Positions 1 through 11,700 of a stretch of DNA of 64,000 nt are shown here, in pieces. The position numbers and the translations under genes were made by a program. This DNA comes from the human T2T-CHM13v2.0 reference genome, Homo sapiens. Below the pieces are notes generated by a model. That model ran no database searches. It was given only the letters and a program-made list of their open reading frames with translations, and was not told the origin of the DNA. The DNA lies in NCBI RefSeq assembly GCF_009914755.1, contig NC_060936.1. The stretch is one strand, 5' to 3'. Numbering within the stretch: position 1 is the stretch's first letter; each line of letters starts with the position of its first letter.

Positions 1-131
1 CCACGTGCAAATATCACAAAAAGAGGGTTTCACACCTGCTCTGTCTAAAGGACAGTTCACCTCTGTGAGTTGAATAGAGGCAACACAAAGAACTTACTCA
101 GTATTCTTCTTTCTTGCGTTCTATGAAGAAA

Positions 132-148
132 TCCCGTTTCCAACGAAG
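132..148 (-). promoter_or_regulatory. CENP-B box (dimer A; representative)
   Basis: tcccgtttccaacgaag is the reverse complement of CTTCGTTGGAAACGGGA and matches the core nTTCGnnnnAnnCGGGn. Confidence 0.97.
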
Positions 149-471
149 GCCCCAAAGAGGTCCAAATATCTGCTTGCACACTTTACAGACAGAGTGTTTC
201 CAAACTACTCTATGAAAAGAAAGCTTAAACTCCTTGAGTTGAACGCACACATCACAAAGTAGTTTCTGAGAATGATTCTGTCCAGTTTTTATACGAAGAT
301 GTTTCCTTTTCTACATTTGGTCTCAAAGCGATTGAAATCTCCAACTGGAAACTGCACAAATACGGTGTTTCAAATCTGCTCTGTCTAAAGGAAGGTTCAA
401 CTCTGTGAGTTGAATACACACACCACAAATAAGTTACTGAGAATTCTTCTGTCGAACATTACTTGAAGAAA

Positions 472-488
472 TCCCGTTTCCAACGAAG
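472..488 (-). promoter_or_regulatory. CENP-B box (dimer B; representative)
   Basis: Exact 17-mer, 340 bp from the previous box. Confidence 0.97.
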
Positions 489-642
489 GCCTCAAAGAGG
501 TCCAAATATTCACTTGCAGATATTACAAACAGAGTGTTTCCAAACTGCTCCATCAAAAGAAAGGTTAAACTCTGTGAGCTGAACACACACATCAAAAACA
601 AGTTTCTGTGAATGATTCTGTCTAGATTTTATAAGAAGATGT

Positions 643-659
643 TTCCTTTTCTACCGTAG
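643..659 (+). other. pJ-alpha-like (A-box) motif of the non-CENP-B monomer (representative)
   Basis: ttccttttctaccgtag resembles the recalled pJ-alpha motif TTCCTTTTYCACCRTAG and lies one monomer (~170 bp) from the CENP-B boxes at the homologous position. Confidence 0.55.
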
Positions 660-810
660 GACTCAAAGCGCTTGAAATCTCCAGCTGCAAATTCCACAAA
701 AAGGGTGTTTAACATCTGCTCTTCTAAATGAAAGTTCAACTCTATGAGTTGAATACACACAGCACAAAGAAGTTACTGAGACTTCTCCTATCAAACATTA
801 TATGAAGAAA

Positions 811-827
811 TCCCGTTTCCAACGAAG
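811..827 (-). promoter_or_regulatory. CENP-B box (dimer C; representative)
   Basis: Exact 17-mer, 339 bp from the previous box. Confidence 0.97.
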
Positions 828-1150
828 GCCTCAAAGAGGTCCAAATATCTGCTTGCAGACTTTAAAGACAGAGTTTTTCCAAACTGCTCCATCAAAAAAA
901 AGGTTAAACTCCTTGAGTTGAACACACACATCACAAAGTAGTTTCTGTGAATGATTCTGTCTAGTTTTTATACGAAGATGTTTCCTTTTCTAGCTTTGGT
1001 CTCAAAGCGATTGAAATCTCCACATGGAAACTCCACAAAAAGAGTGCTTCAAATCTGCTGTTTCTGAAGGAAGGTTCAACTCTGTGAGTTGAATACACGC
1101 ACCACAAATAAGTTACTGGGAATTCTTCTGTGTAAAATTATATGAGGAAA

Positions 1151-1167
1151 TCCCGTTTCCAACGAAG
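1151..1167 (-). promoter_or_regulatory. CENP-B box (dimer D; representative; the pattern continues to the window end)
   Basis: Exact 17-mer, 340 bp from the previous box. Confidence 0.97.
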
Positions 1168-1359
1168 GCCTCAAAGAGGTCCAAATATCCACTTGCAGAC
1201 TTTACAAAGACAGTGTCTCCAAACTCCTCCATCAAAAGAAAGGTTATACTCTGTGAATTGAACGCACACATCACAAAGTAGTTTCTGAGAATGATTCTGT
1301 CTAGTTTTTATACGAAGATATTTCCTTTTCTACATTTGGCCTAAAAGCGCTTGAAATCT

Positions 1360-2718
1360 CCACCTGCAAATATCACAAAAAGAGGGTTTCACATCTGCTC
1401 TGTCTAAAGGACAGTTCACCTCTGTGAGTTGAATAGAGGCAACACAAAGAACTTACTCAGTATTCTTCTTTCTAGCGTTCTATGAAGAAATCCCGTTTCC
1501 AACGAAGGCCCCAATGAGGTCCAAATATCTGCTTGCAGACTTTACAGACAGAGTGTTTCCAAACTACTCTATGAAAAGAAAGCTTAAACTCCTTGAGTTG
1601 AACGCACACATCACAAAGTAGTTTCTGAGAATGATTCTGTCTAGTTTTTATACGAAGATGTTTCCTTTTCTACATTTGGTCTCAAAGCGATTGAAATCTC
1701 CAACTGGAAACTGCACAAATAGGGTGTTTCAAATCTGCTCTGTCTAAAGGAAGGTTCAACTCTGTGAGTTGAATACACACACCACAAATAAGTTACTGAG
1801 AATTCTTCTGTCGAACATTACTTGAAGAAATCCCGTTTCCAACGAAGGCCTCAAAGAGGTCCAAATATCCACTTGCAGACATTACAAACAGAGTGTTTCC
1901 AAACTGCTCCATCAAAAGAAAGGTTAAACTCTGTGAGCTGAACACACACATCAAAAAGAAGTTTCTGTGAATGATTCTGTCTAGATTTTATAAGAAGATG
2001 TTTCCTTTTCTACCGTAGGCCTCAAAGCGCTTGAAATCTCCAGCTGCAAATTCCACAAAAAGGGTGTTTAACATGTGCTCTTCTAAAGGAAAGTTCAACT
2101 CTATGCGTTGAATACACACAGCACAAAGAAGTTACTGAGACTTCTCCTATCAAACATTATATGAAGAAATCCCGTTTCCAACGAAGGCCTCAAAGAGGTC
2201 CAAATATCTGCTTGCAGACTTTACAGACAGAGTGTTTCCAAACTGCTCCATCAAAAGAAAGGTTAAACTCCTTGAGTTGAACACACACATCACAAAGTAG
2301 TTTCTGTGAATGATTCTGTCTAGTTTTTATACGAAGATGTTTCCTTTTCTACCTTTGGTCTCAATGCGATTGAAATCTCCACATGGAAACTCCACAAAAA
2401 GAGTGTTTCAAATCTGCTCTTTCTGAAGGAAGGTTCAACTCTGTGAGTTGAATACACACACCACAAATAAGTTACTGAGAATTCTTCTGTGTAACATTAT
2501 ATGAGGAAATCCCGTTTCCAACGAAGGCCTCAAAGAGGTCCAAATATCCACTTGCAGACTTTACAAAGACAGTGTCTCCAAACTCCTCCATCAAAAGAAA
2601 GGTTATACTCTGTGAATTGAACGCACACATCTCAAAGTAGTTTCTGAGAATGATTCTGTCTAGTTTTTATACGAAGATATTTCCTTTTCTACATTTGGCC
2701 TAAAAGCGCTTGAAATCT
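1360..2718 (-). repeat. Representative canonical 8-mer HOR unit (1359 bp; dimers A-B-C-D on + strand)
   Basis: The dimers start ccacctgcaaatatc (A), ccaactggaaactgc (B), ccagctgcaaattcc (C) and ccacatggaaactcc (D), each ~340 bp with one CENP-B box. Confidence 0.95.
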
Positions 2719-5700
2719 CCACCTGCAAATATCACAAAAAGAAGGTTTCACATCTGCTCTGTCTAAAGGACAGTTCACCTCTGTGAGTTGAATAGAGGCA
2801 ACACAAAGAACTTACTCAGTATTCTTCTTTCTTGCGTTCTATGAAGAAATCCCGTTTCCAACGAAGGCCCCAAAGAGGTCCAAATATCTGCTTGCACACT
2901 TTACAGACAGAGTGTTTCCAAACTACTCTATGAAAAGAAAGCTTAAACTCCTTGAGTTGAACGCACACATCACAAAGTAGTTTCTGAGAATGATTCTGTC
3001 TAGTTTTTATACGAAGATGTTTCCTTTTCTACATTTGGTCTCAAAGCGATTGAAATCTCCAACTGGAAACTGCACAAATAGGGTGTTTCAAATCTGCTCT
3101 GTCTAAAGGAAGGTTCAACTCTGTGAGTTGAATACACACACCACAAATAAGTTACTGAGAATTCTTGTGTCGAACATTACTTGAAGAAATCCCGTTTCCA
3201 ACGAAGGCCTCAAAGAGGTCCAAATATTCACTTGCAGATATTACAAACAGAGTGTTTCCAAACTGCTCCATCAAAAGAAAGGTTAAACTCTGTGAGCTGA
3301 ACACACACATCAAAAAGAAGTTTCTGTGAATGATTCTGTCAAGATTTTATAAGATGTTTCCATTTCTACCGTAGGACTCAAAGCGCTTGAAATCTCCAGC
3401 TGCAAATTCCACAAAAAGGGTGTTTAACATCTGCTCTTCTAAAGGAAAGTTCAACTCTATGAGTTGAATACACACAGCACAAAGAAGTTACTGAGACTTC
3501 TCCTATCAAACATTATATGAAGAAATCCCGTTTCCAACGAAGGCCTCAAAGAGGTCCAAATATCTGCTTGCAGACTTTAAAGACAGAGTTTTTCCAAACT
3601 GCTCCATCAAAAGAAAGGTTAAACTCCTTGAGTTGAAAACACACATCACAAAGTAGTTTCTGTGAATGATTCTGTCTAGTTTCTATACGAAGATGTTTCC
3701 TTTTCTACCTTTGGTCTCAAAGCGATTGAAATCTCCACATGGAAACTCCCCAAAAAGAGTGTTTCAAATCTGCTCTTTCTGAAGGAAGGTTCAACTCTGT
3801 GAGTTGAATACACACACCACAAATAAGTTCCTGAGAATTCTTCTGTGTAACATTATATGAGGAAATCCCGTTTCCAACGAAGGCCTCAAAGAGGTCCAAA
3901 TATCCACTTGCAGACTTTACAAAGACAGTGTCTCCAAACTCCTCCATCAAAAGAAAGGTTATACTCTGTGAATTGAACGCACACATCACAAAGTAGTTTC
4001 TGAGAATGATTCTGTCTAGTTTTTATACGAAGATATTTCCTTTTCTACATTTGGCCTAAAAGCGCTTGAAATCTCCACCTGCAAATATCACAAAAAGAGG
4101 GTTTCACATCTGCTCTGTCTAAAGGACAGTTCACCTCTGTGAGTTGAATAGAGGCAACACAAAGAACTTACTCAGTATTCTTCTTTCTAGCGTTCTATGA
4201 AGAAATCCCGTTTCCAACGAAGGCCCCAAAGAGGTCCAAATATCTGCTTGCAGACTTTACAGACAGAGTGTTTCCAAACTACTCTATGAAAAGAAAGCTT
4301 AAACTCCTTGAGTTGAACGCACACATCACAAAGTAGTTTCTGAGAATGATTCTGTCTAGTTTATATACGAAGATGTTTCCTTTTCTACATTTGGTCTCAA
4401 AGCGATTGAAATCTCCAACTGGAAACTGCACAAATAGGGTGTTTCAAATCTGCTCTGTCTAAAGGAAGGTTCAACTCTGTGAGTTGAATACACACACCAC
4501 AAATAAGTTACTGAGAATTCTTCTGTCGAACATTACTTGAAGAAATCCCGTTTCCAACGAAGGCCTCAAAGAGGTCCAAATATCCACTTGCAGATATTAC
4601 AAACAGAGTGTTTCCAAACTGCTCCATCAAAAGAAAGGTTAAACTCTGTGAGCTGAACACACACATCAAAAAGAAGTTTCTGTGAATGATTCTGTCTAGA
4701 TTTTATAAGAAGATGTTTCCTTTTCTACCGTAGGCCTCAAAGCACTTGAAATCTCCAGCTGCAAATTCCACAAAAAGGGTGTTTAACATCTGCTCTTCTA
4801 AAGGAAAGTTCAACTCTATGCGTTGAATACACACAGCACAAAGAAGTTACTGAGACTTCTCCTATCAAACATTATATGAAGAAATCCCGTTTCCAACGAA
4901 GGCCTCAAAGAGGTCCAAATATCTGCTTGCAGACTTTACAGACAGAGTGTTTCCAAACTGCTCCATCAAAAGAAAGGTTAAACTCCTTGAGTTGAACACA
5001 CACATCACAAAGTAGTTTCTGTGAATGATTCTGTCTAGTTTTTATACGAAGATGTTTCCTTTTCTACCTTTGGTCTCAAAGCGATTGAAATCTCCACATG
5101 GAAACTCCACAAAAAGAGTGTTTCAAATCTGCTCTTTCTGAAGGAAGGTTCAACTCTGTGAGTTGAATACAAACACCACAAATAAGTTACTGAGAATTCT
5201 TCTGTGTAACATTATATGAGGAAATCCCGTTTCCAACGAAGGCCTCAAAGAGGTCCAAATATCCACTTGCAGACTTTACAAAGACAGTGTCTCGAAACTC
5301 CTCCATCAAAAGAAAGGTTATACTCTGTGAATTGAACGCACACATCACAAAGTAGTTTCTGAGAATGATTCTGTCTAGTTTTTATACGAAGATATTTCCT
5401 TTTCTACATTTGGCCTAAAAGCGCTTGAAATCTCCACCTGCAAATATCACAAAAAGAGGGTTTCACATCTGCTCTGTCTAAAGGACAGTTCACCTCTGTG
5501 AGTTGAATAGAGGCAACACAAAGAACTTACTGAGTATTCTTCTTTCTAGCGTTCTATGAAGAAATCCCGTTTCCAACGAAGGCCCCAATGAGGTCCAAAT
5601 ATCTGCTTGCAGACTTTACAGACAGAGTGTTTCCAAACTACTCTATGAAAAGAAAGCTTAAACTCCTTGAGTTGAACGCACACATCACAAAGTAGTTTCT

Positions 5701-8700
5701 GAGAATGATTCTGTCTAGTTTTTATACGAAGATATTTCCTTTTCTACATTTGGTCTCAAAGCGATTGAAATCTCCAACTGGAAACTGCACAAATAGGGTG
5801 TTTCAAATCTGCTCTGTCTAAAGGAAGGTTCAACTCTGTGAGTTGAATACACACACCACAAATAAGTTACTGAGAATTCTTCTGTCGAACATTACTTGAA
5901 GAAATCCCTTTTCCAACGAAGACCTCAAAGAGGTCCAAATATCCACTTGCAGACATTACAAACAGAGTGTTTCCAAACTGCTCCATCAAAAGAAAGGTTA
6001 AACTCTGTGAGCTGAACACACACATCAAAAAGAAGTTTCTGTGAATGATTCTGTCTAGATTTTATAAGAAGATGTTTCCTTTTCTACCGTAGGCCACAAA
6101 GCGCTTGAAATCTCCAGCTGCAAATTCCACAAAAAGGGTGTTTAACATCTGCTCTTCTAAAGGAAAGTTAAACTCTATGCGTTGAATACACACAGCACAA
6201 AGAAGTTACTGAGACTTCTCCTATCAAACATTATATGAAGAAATCGCGTTTCCAACGAAGGCCTCAAAGAAGTCCTAATATCCACTTGCAGACATTACAA
6301 ACAGAGTGTTTCCAAACTGTTCCATCAAAAGAAAGGTTAAACTCTGTGAGCTGAACACACACATGAAAAAGAAGTTTCTGTGAATGATTCTGTCTAGATT
6401 TTACACGAAGATGTTTCCTTTTCTACCTTTGGTCTCAATGCGATTGAAATCTCCACATGGAAACTCCACAAAAAGAGTGTTTCAAATCTGCTCTTTCTGA
6501 AGGAAGGTTCAACTCTGTGAGTTGAATACACACACCACAAATAAGTTACTGAGAATTCTTCTGTGTAACATTATATGAGGAAATCCCGTTTCCAACGAAG
6601 GCCTCAAAGAGGTCCAAATATCCACTTGCAGACTTTACAAAGACAGTGTCTCCAAACTCCTCCATCAAAAGAAAGGTTATACTCTGTGAATTGAACGCAC
6701 ACATCACAAAGTAGTTTCTGAGAGTGATTCTGTCTAGTTTTTATACGAAGATATTTCCTTTTCTACATTTGGCCTAAATGCGCTTGAAATCTCCACCTGC
6801 AAATATCACAAAAAGAGGGTTTCACATCTGCTCTGTCTAAAGGACAGTTCACCTCTGTGAGTTGAATAGAGGCAACACAAAGAACTTACTCAGGATTCTT
6901 CTTTCTAGCGTTCTTTGAAGAAATCCTGTTTCCAACGAAGGCCCCAAAGAGGTCCAAATATCTGCTTGCAGACTTTACAGACAGAGTGTTTCCAAACTAC
7001 TCTATGAAAAGAAATCTTAAACTCCTTGAGTTGAACGCACACATCACAAAGTAGTTTCTGAGAATGATTCTGTCTAGTTTTTATACGAAGATGTTTCCTT
7101 TTCTACATTTGGTCTCAAAGCGATTGAAATCTCCAACTGGAAACTGCACAAATAGGGGGTTTCAAATCTGCTCTGTCTAAAGGAAGGTTCAACTCTGTGA
7201 GTTGAATACACACACCACAAATAAGTTACTGAGAATTCTTCTGTCGCACATTAATTGAAGAAATCCCGTTTCCAACGAAGGCCTCAAAGAGGTCCAAATA
7301 TCCACTTGCAGACATTACAAACAGAGTGTTTCCAAACTGCTCCATCAAAAGAAAGGTTAAACTCTGTGAGCTGAACACACACATCAAAAAGAAGTTTCTG
7401 TGAATGATTCTGTCTAGATTTTGTAAGAAGATGTTTCCTTTTCTACCGTAGGCCTCAATGCGCTTGAAATCTCCACCTGCAAATTCCACAAAAAGGGTGT
7501 TTTACATCTGCTCTTCTAAAGGAAAGTTAAACTCTATGCGTTGAATACACACAGGACAAAGAAGTTACTGAGACTTCTCCTATCAAACATTATATGAAGA
7601 AATCCCGTTTCCAACGAAGGCCTCGAAGAGGTCCAAATATCTGCTTGCAGACTTTACAGACAGAGTTTTTCCAAACTGCTCCATCAAAAGAAAGGTTAAA
7701 CTCCTTGAGTTGAACACACACATCACAAAGTAGTTTCTGTGAATGATTCTGTCTAGTTTTTATACGAAGATGTTTCCTTTTCTACCTTTGGTCTCAATGC
7801 GATTGAAATCTCCACATGGAAACTCCACAAAAAGAGTGTTTCAAATCTGCTCTTTCTGAAGGAAGGTTCAACTCTGTGAGTTGAATACACACACCACAAA
7901 TAAGTTACTGAGAATTCTTCTGTGTAACATTATATGAGGAAATCCCGTTTCCAACGAAGGCCTCAAAGAGGTCCAAATATCCACTTGCAGACTTTACAAA
8001 GACAGTGTCTCCAAACTCCTCCATCAAAAGAAAGGTTATACTCTGTGAATTGAACGCACACATCACAAAGTAGTTTCTGAGAATGATTCTGTCTAGTTTT
8101 TATACGAAGATATTTCCTTTTCTACATTTGGCCTAAAAGCGCTTGAAACCTCCACCTGCAAATATCACAAAAAGAGGGTTTCACATCTGCTCTGTCTAAA
8201 GGACAGTTCACCTCTGTGAGTTGAATAGAGGCAACACAAAGAACTTACTCAGTATTCTTCTTTCTTGCGTTCTATGAAGAAATCCCGTTTCCAACGAAGG
8301 CCCCAAAGAGGTCCAAATATCTGCTTGCACACTTTACGGACAGAGTGTTTCCAAACTACTCTATGAAAAGAAAGCTTAAACTCCTTGAGTTGAACGCACA
8401 CATCACAAAGTAGTTTCTGAGAATGATTCTGTCCAGTTTTTATACGAAGATGTTTCCTTTTCTACATTTGGTCTCAAAGCGATTGAAATCTCCAACTGGA
8501 AACTGCACAAATAGGGTGTTTCAAATCTGCTCTGTCTAAAGGAAGGTTCAACTCTGTGAGTTGAATACACACACCACAAATAAGTTACTGAGAATTCTTG
8601 TGTCGAACATTACTTGAAGAAATCCCGTTTCCAACGAAGGCCTCAAAGAGGTCCAAATATTCACTTGCAGATATTACAAACAGAGTGTTTCCAAACTGCT

Positions 8701-11700
8701 CCATCAAAAGAAAGGTTAAACTCTGTGAGCTGAACACACACATCAAAAAGAAGTTTCTGTGAATGATTCTGTCAAGATTTTATAAGATGTTTCCATTTCT
8801 ACCGTAGGACTCAAAGCGCTTGAAATCTCCAGCTGCAAATTCCACAAAAAGGGTGTTTAACATCTGCTCTTCTAAAGGAAAGTTCAACTCTATGAGTTGA
8901 ATACACACAGCACAAAGAAGTTACTGAGACTTCTCCTATCAAACATTATATGAAGAAATCCCGTTTCCAACGAAGGCCTCAAAGAGGTCCAAATATCTGC
9001 TTGCAGACTTTAAAGACAGTGTTTTTCCAAACTGCTCCATCAAAAGAAAGGTTAAACTCCTTGAGTTGAACACACACATCACAAAGTAGTTTCTGTGAAT
9101 GATTCTGTCTAGTTTCTATACGAAGATGTTTCCTTTTCTACCTTTGGTCTCAAAGCGATTGAAATCTCCACATGGAAACTCCACAAAAAGAGTGTTTCAA
9201 ATCTGCTCTTTCTGAAGGAAGGTTCAACTCTGTGAGTTGAATACACACACCACAAATAAGTTACTGAGAATTCTTCTGTGTAACATTATATGAGGAAATC
9301 CCGTTTCCAACGAAGGCCTCAAAGAGGTCCAAATATCCACTTGCAGACTTTACAAAGACAGTGTCTCCAAACTCCTCCATCAAAAGAAAGGTTATACTCT
9401 GTGAATTGAACGCACACATCACAAAGTAGTTTCTGAGAATGATTCTGTCTAGTTTTTATACGAAGATATTTCCTTTTCTACATTTGGCCTAAAAGCGCTT
9501 GAAATCTCCACCTGCAAATATCACAAAAAGAGGGTTTCACATCTGCTCTGTCTAAAGGACAGTTCACCTCTGTGAGTTGAGTAGAGGCAACACAAAGAAC
9601 TTACTCAGTATTCTTCTTTCTAGCGTTCTATGAAGAAATCACGTTTCCAACGAAGGCCCCAATGAGGTCCAAATATCTGCTTGCAGACTTTACAGACAGA
9701 GTGTTTCCAAACTACTCTATGAAAAGAAAGCTTAAACTTCTTGAGTTGAACGCACACATCACAAAGTAGTTTCTGAGAATGATTCTGTCTAGTTTTTATA
9801 CGAAGATGTTTCCTTTTCTACATTTGGTCTCAAAGCGATTGAAATCTCCAACTGGAAACTGCACAAATAGGGTGTTTCAAATCTGCTCTGTCTAAAGGAA
9901 GGTTCAACTCTTTGAGTTGAATACACACACCACAAATAAGTTACTGAGAATTCTTCTGTCGAACATTACTTGAAGAAATCCCGTTTCCAACGAAGGCCTC
10001 AAAGAGGTCCAAATATCCACTTGCAGACATTACAAACAGAGTGTTTCCAAACTGCTCCATCAAAAGAAAGGTTAAACTCTGTGAGCTGAACACACACATC
10101 AAAAAGAAGTTTCTGTGAATGATTCTGTCTAGATTTTATAAGAAGATGTTTCCTTTTCTACCGTAGGCCACAAAGTGCTTGAAATCTCCAGCTGCAAATT
10201 CCACAAAAAGGGTGTTTAACATCTGCTCTTCTAAAGGAAAGTTCAACTCAATGAGTTGAATACACACAGCCCAAAGAAGTTACTGAGACTTCTCCTATCA
10301 AACATTATATGAAGAAATCCCGTTTCCAACGAAGGCCTCAAAGAGGTCCAAATATCTGCTTGCAGACTTTACAAAGACAGTGTCTCCAAACTCCTCCATC
10401 AAAAGAAAGGTTATACTCTGTGAATTGAACGCACACATCACAAAGTAGTTTCTGAGAATGATTCTGTCTAGTTTTTATACGAAGATATTTCCTTTTCTAC
10501 ATTTGGCCTAAAAGCGCTTGAAGTCTCCACCTGCAAATATCACAAAAAGAGGGTTTCACATCTGCTCTGTCTAAAGGACAGTTCACCTTTGTGAGTTGAA
10601 TAGAGGCAACACAAAGAACTTACTCAGTATTCTTCTTTCTAGCGTTCTATGAAGAAATCCCGTTTCCAACGAAGGCCCCAAAGAGGTCCAAATATCTGCT
10701 TGCAGACTTTACAGACAGAGTGTTTCCAAACTACTCTATGAAAAGAAAGCTTAAACTCCTTGAGTTGAACGCACACATCACAAAGTAGTTTCTGAGAATG
10801 ATTCTGTCTAGTTTTTATACGAAGATGTTTCCTTTTCTACATTTGGTCTCAAAGCGATTGAAATCTCCAACTGGAAACTGCAGAAAAAGGGTGTTTCAAA
10901 TCTGCTCTGTCTAAAGGAAGGTTCAACTCTGTGAGTTGAATACACACACCACAAATAAGTTACTGAGAATTCTTCTGTCGAACATTACTTGAAGAAATCC
11001 CGTTTCCAACGAAGGCCTCAAAGAGGTCCAAATATCCACTTGCAGACATTACAAACAGAGTGTTTCCAAACTGCTCCATCAAAAGAAAGGTTAAACTCTG
11101 TGAGCTGAACACACACATCAAAAAGAAGTTTCTGTGAATGATTCTGTCTAGATTTTATAAGAAGATGTTTCCTTTTCTACCGTAGGCCTCAAAGCGCTTG
11201 AAATCTCCAGCTGCAAATTCCACAAAAAGGGTGTTTAACATGTGCTCTTCTAAAGGAAAGTTCAACTCTATGCGTTGAATACACACAGCACAAAGAAGTT
11301 ACTGAGACTTCTCCTATCAAACATTATATGAAGAAATCCCGTTTCCAACGAAGGCCTCAAAGAGGTCCAAATATCTGCTTGCAGACTTTACAGACAGAGT
11401 GTTTCCAAACTGCTCCATCAAAAGAAAGGTTAAACTCCTTGAGTTGAACACACACATCACAAAGTAGTTTCTGTGAATGATTCTGTCTAGTTTTTATACG
11501 AAGATGTTTCCTTTTCTACCTTTGGTCTCAATGCGATTGAAATCTCCACATGGAAACTCCACAAAAAGAGTGTTTCAAATCTGCTCTTTCTGAAGGAAGG
11601 TTCAACTCTGTGAGTTGAATACACACACCACAAATAAGTTACTGAGAATTCTTCTGTGTAACATTATATGAGGAAATCCCGTTTCCAACGAAGGCCTCAA

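Noticed and set aside
3717-3989. 90-aa minus-strand ORF (copy at 12884-13156)
   Set aside because: It is a translation of alpha satellite, opened by a point change (gttact to gttcct) removing a stop. There is no gene context.
7226-7489. 87-aa ORF family MEFAGGDF... (also 16393, 43565, 47300)
   Set aside because: It arises from satellite SNVs (ccagctg to ccacctg, tttata to tttgta) that remove stops. It is useful only as a haplotype marker.
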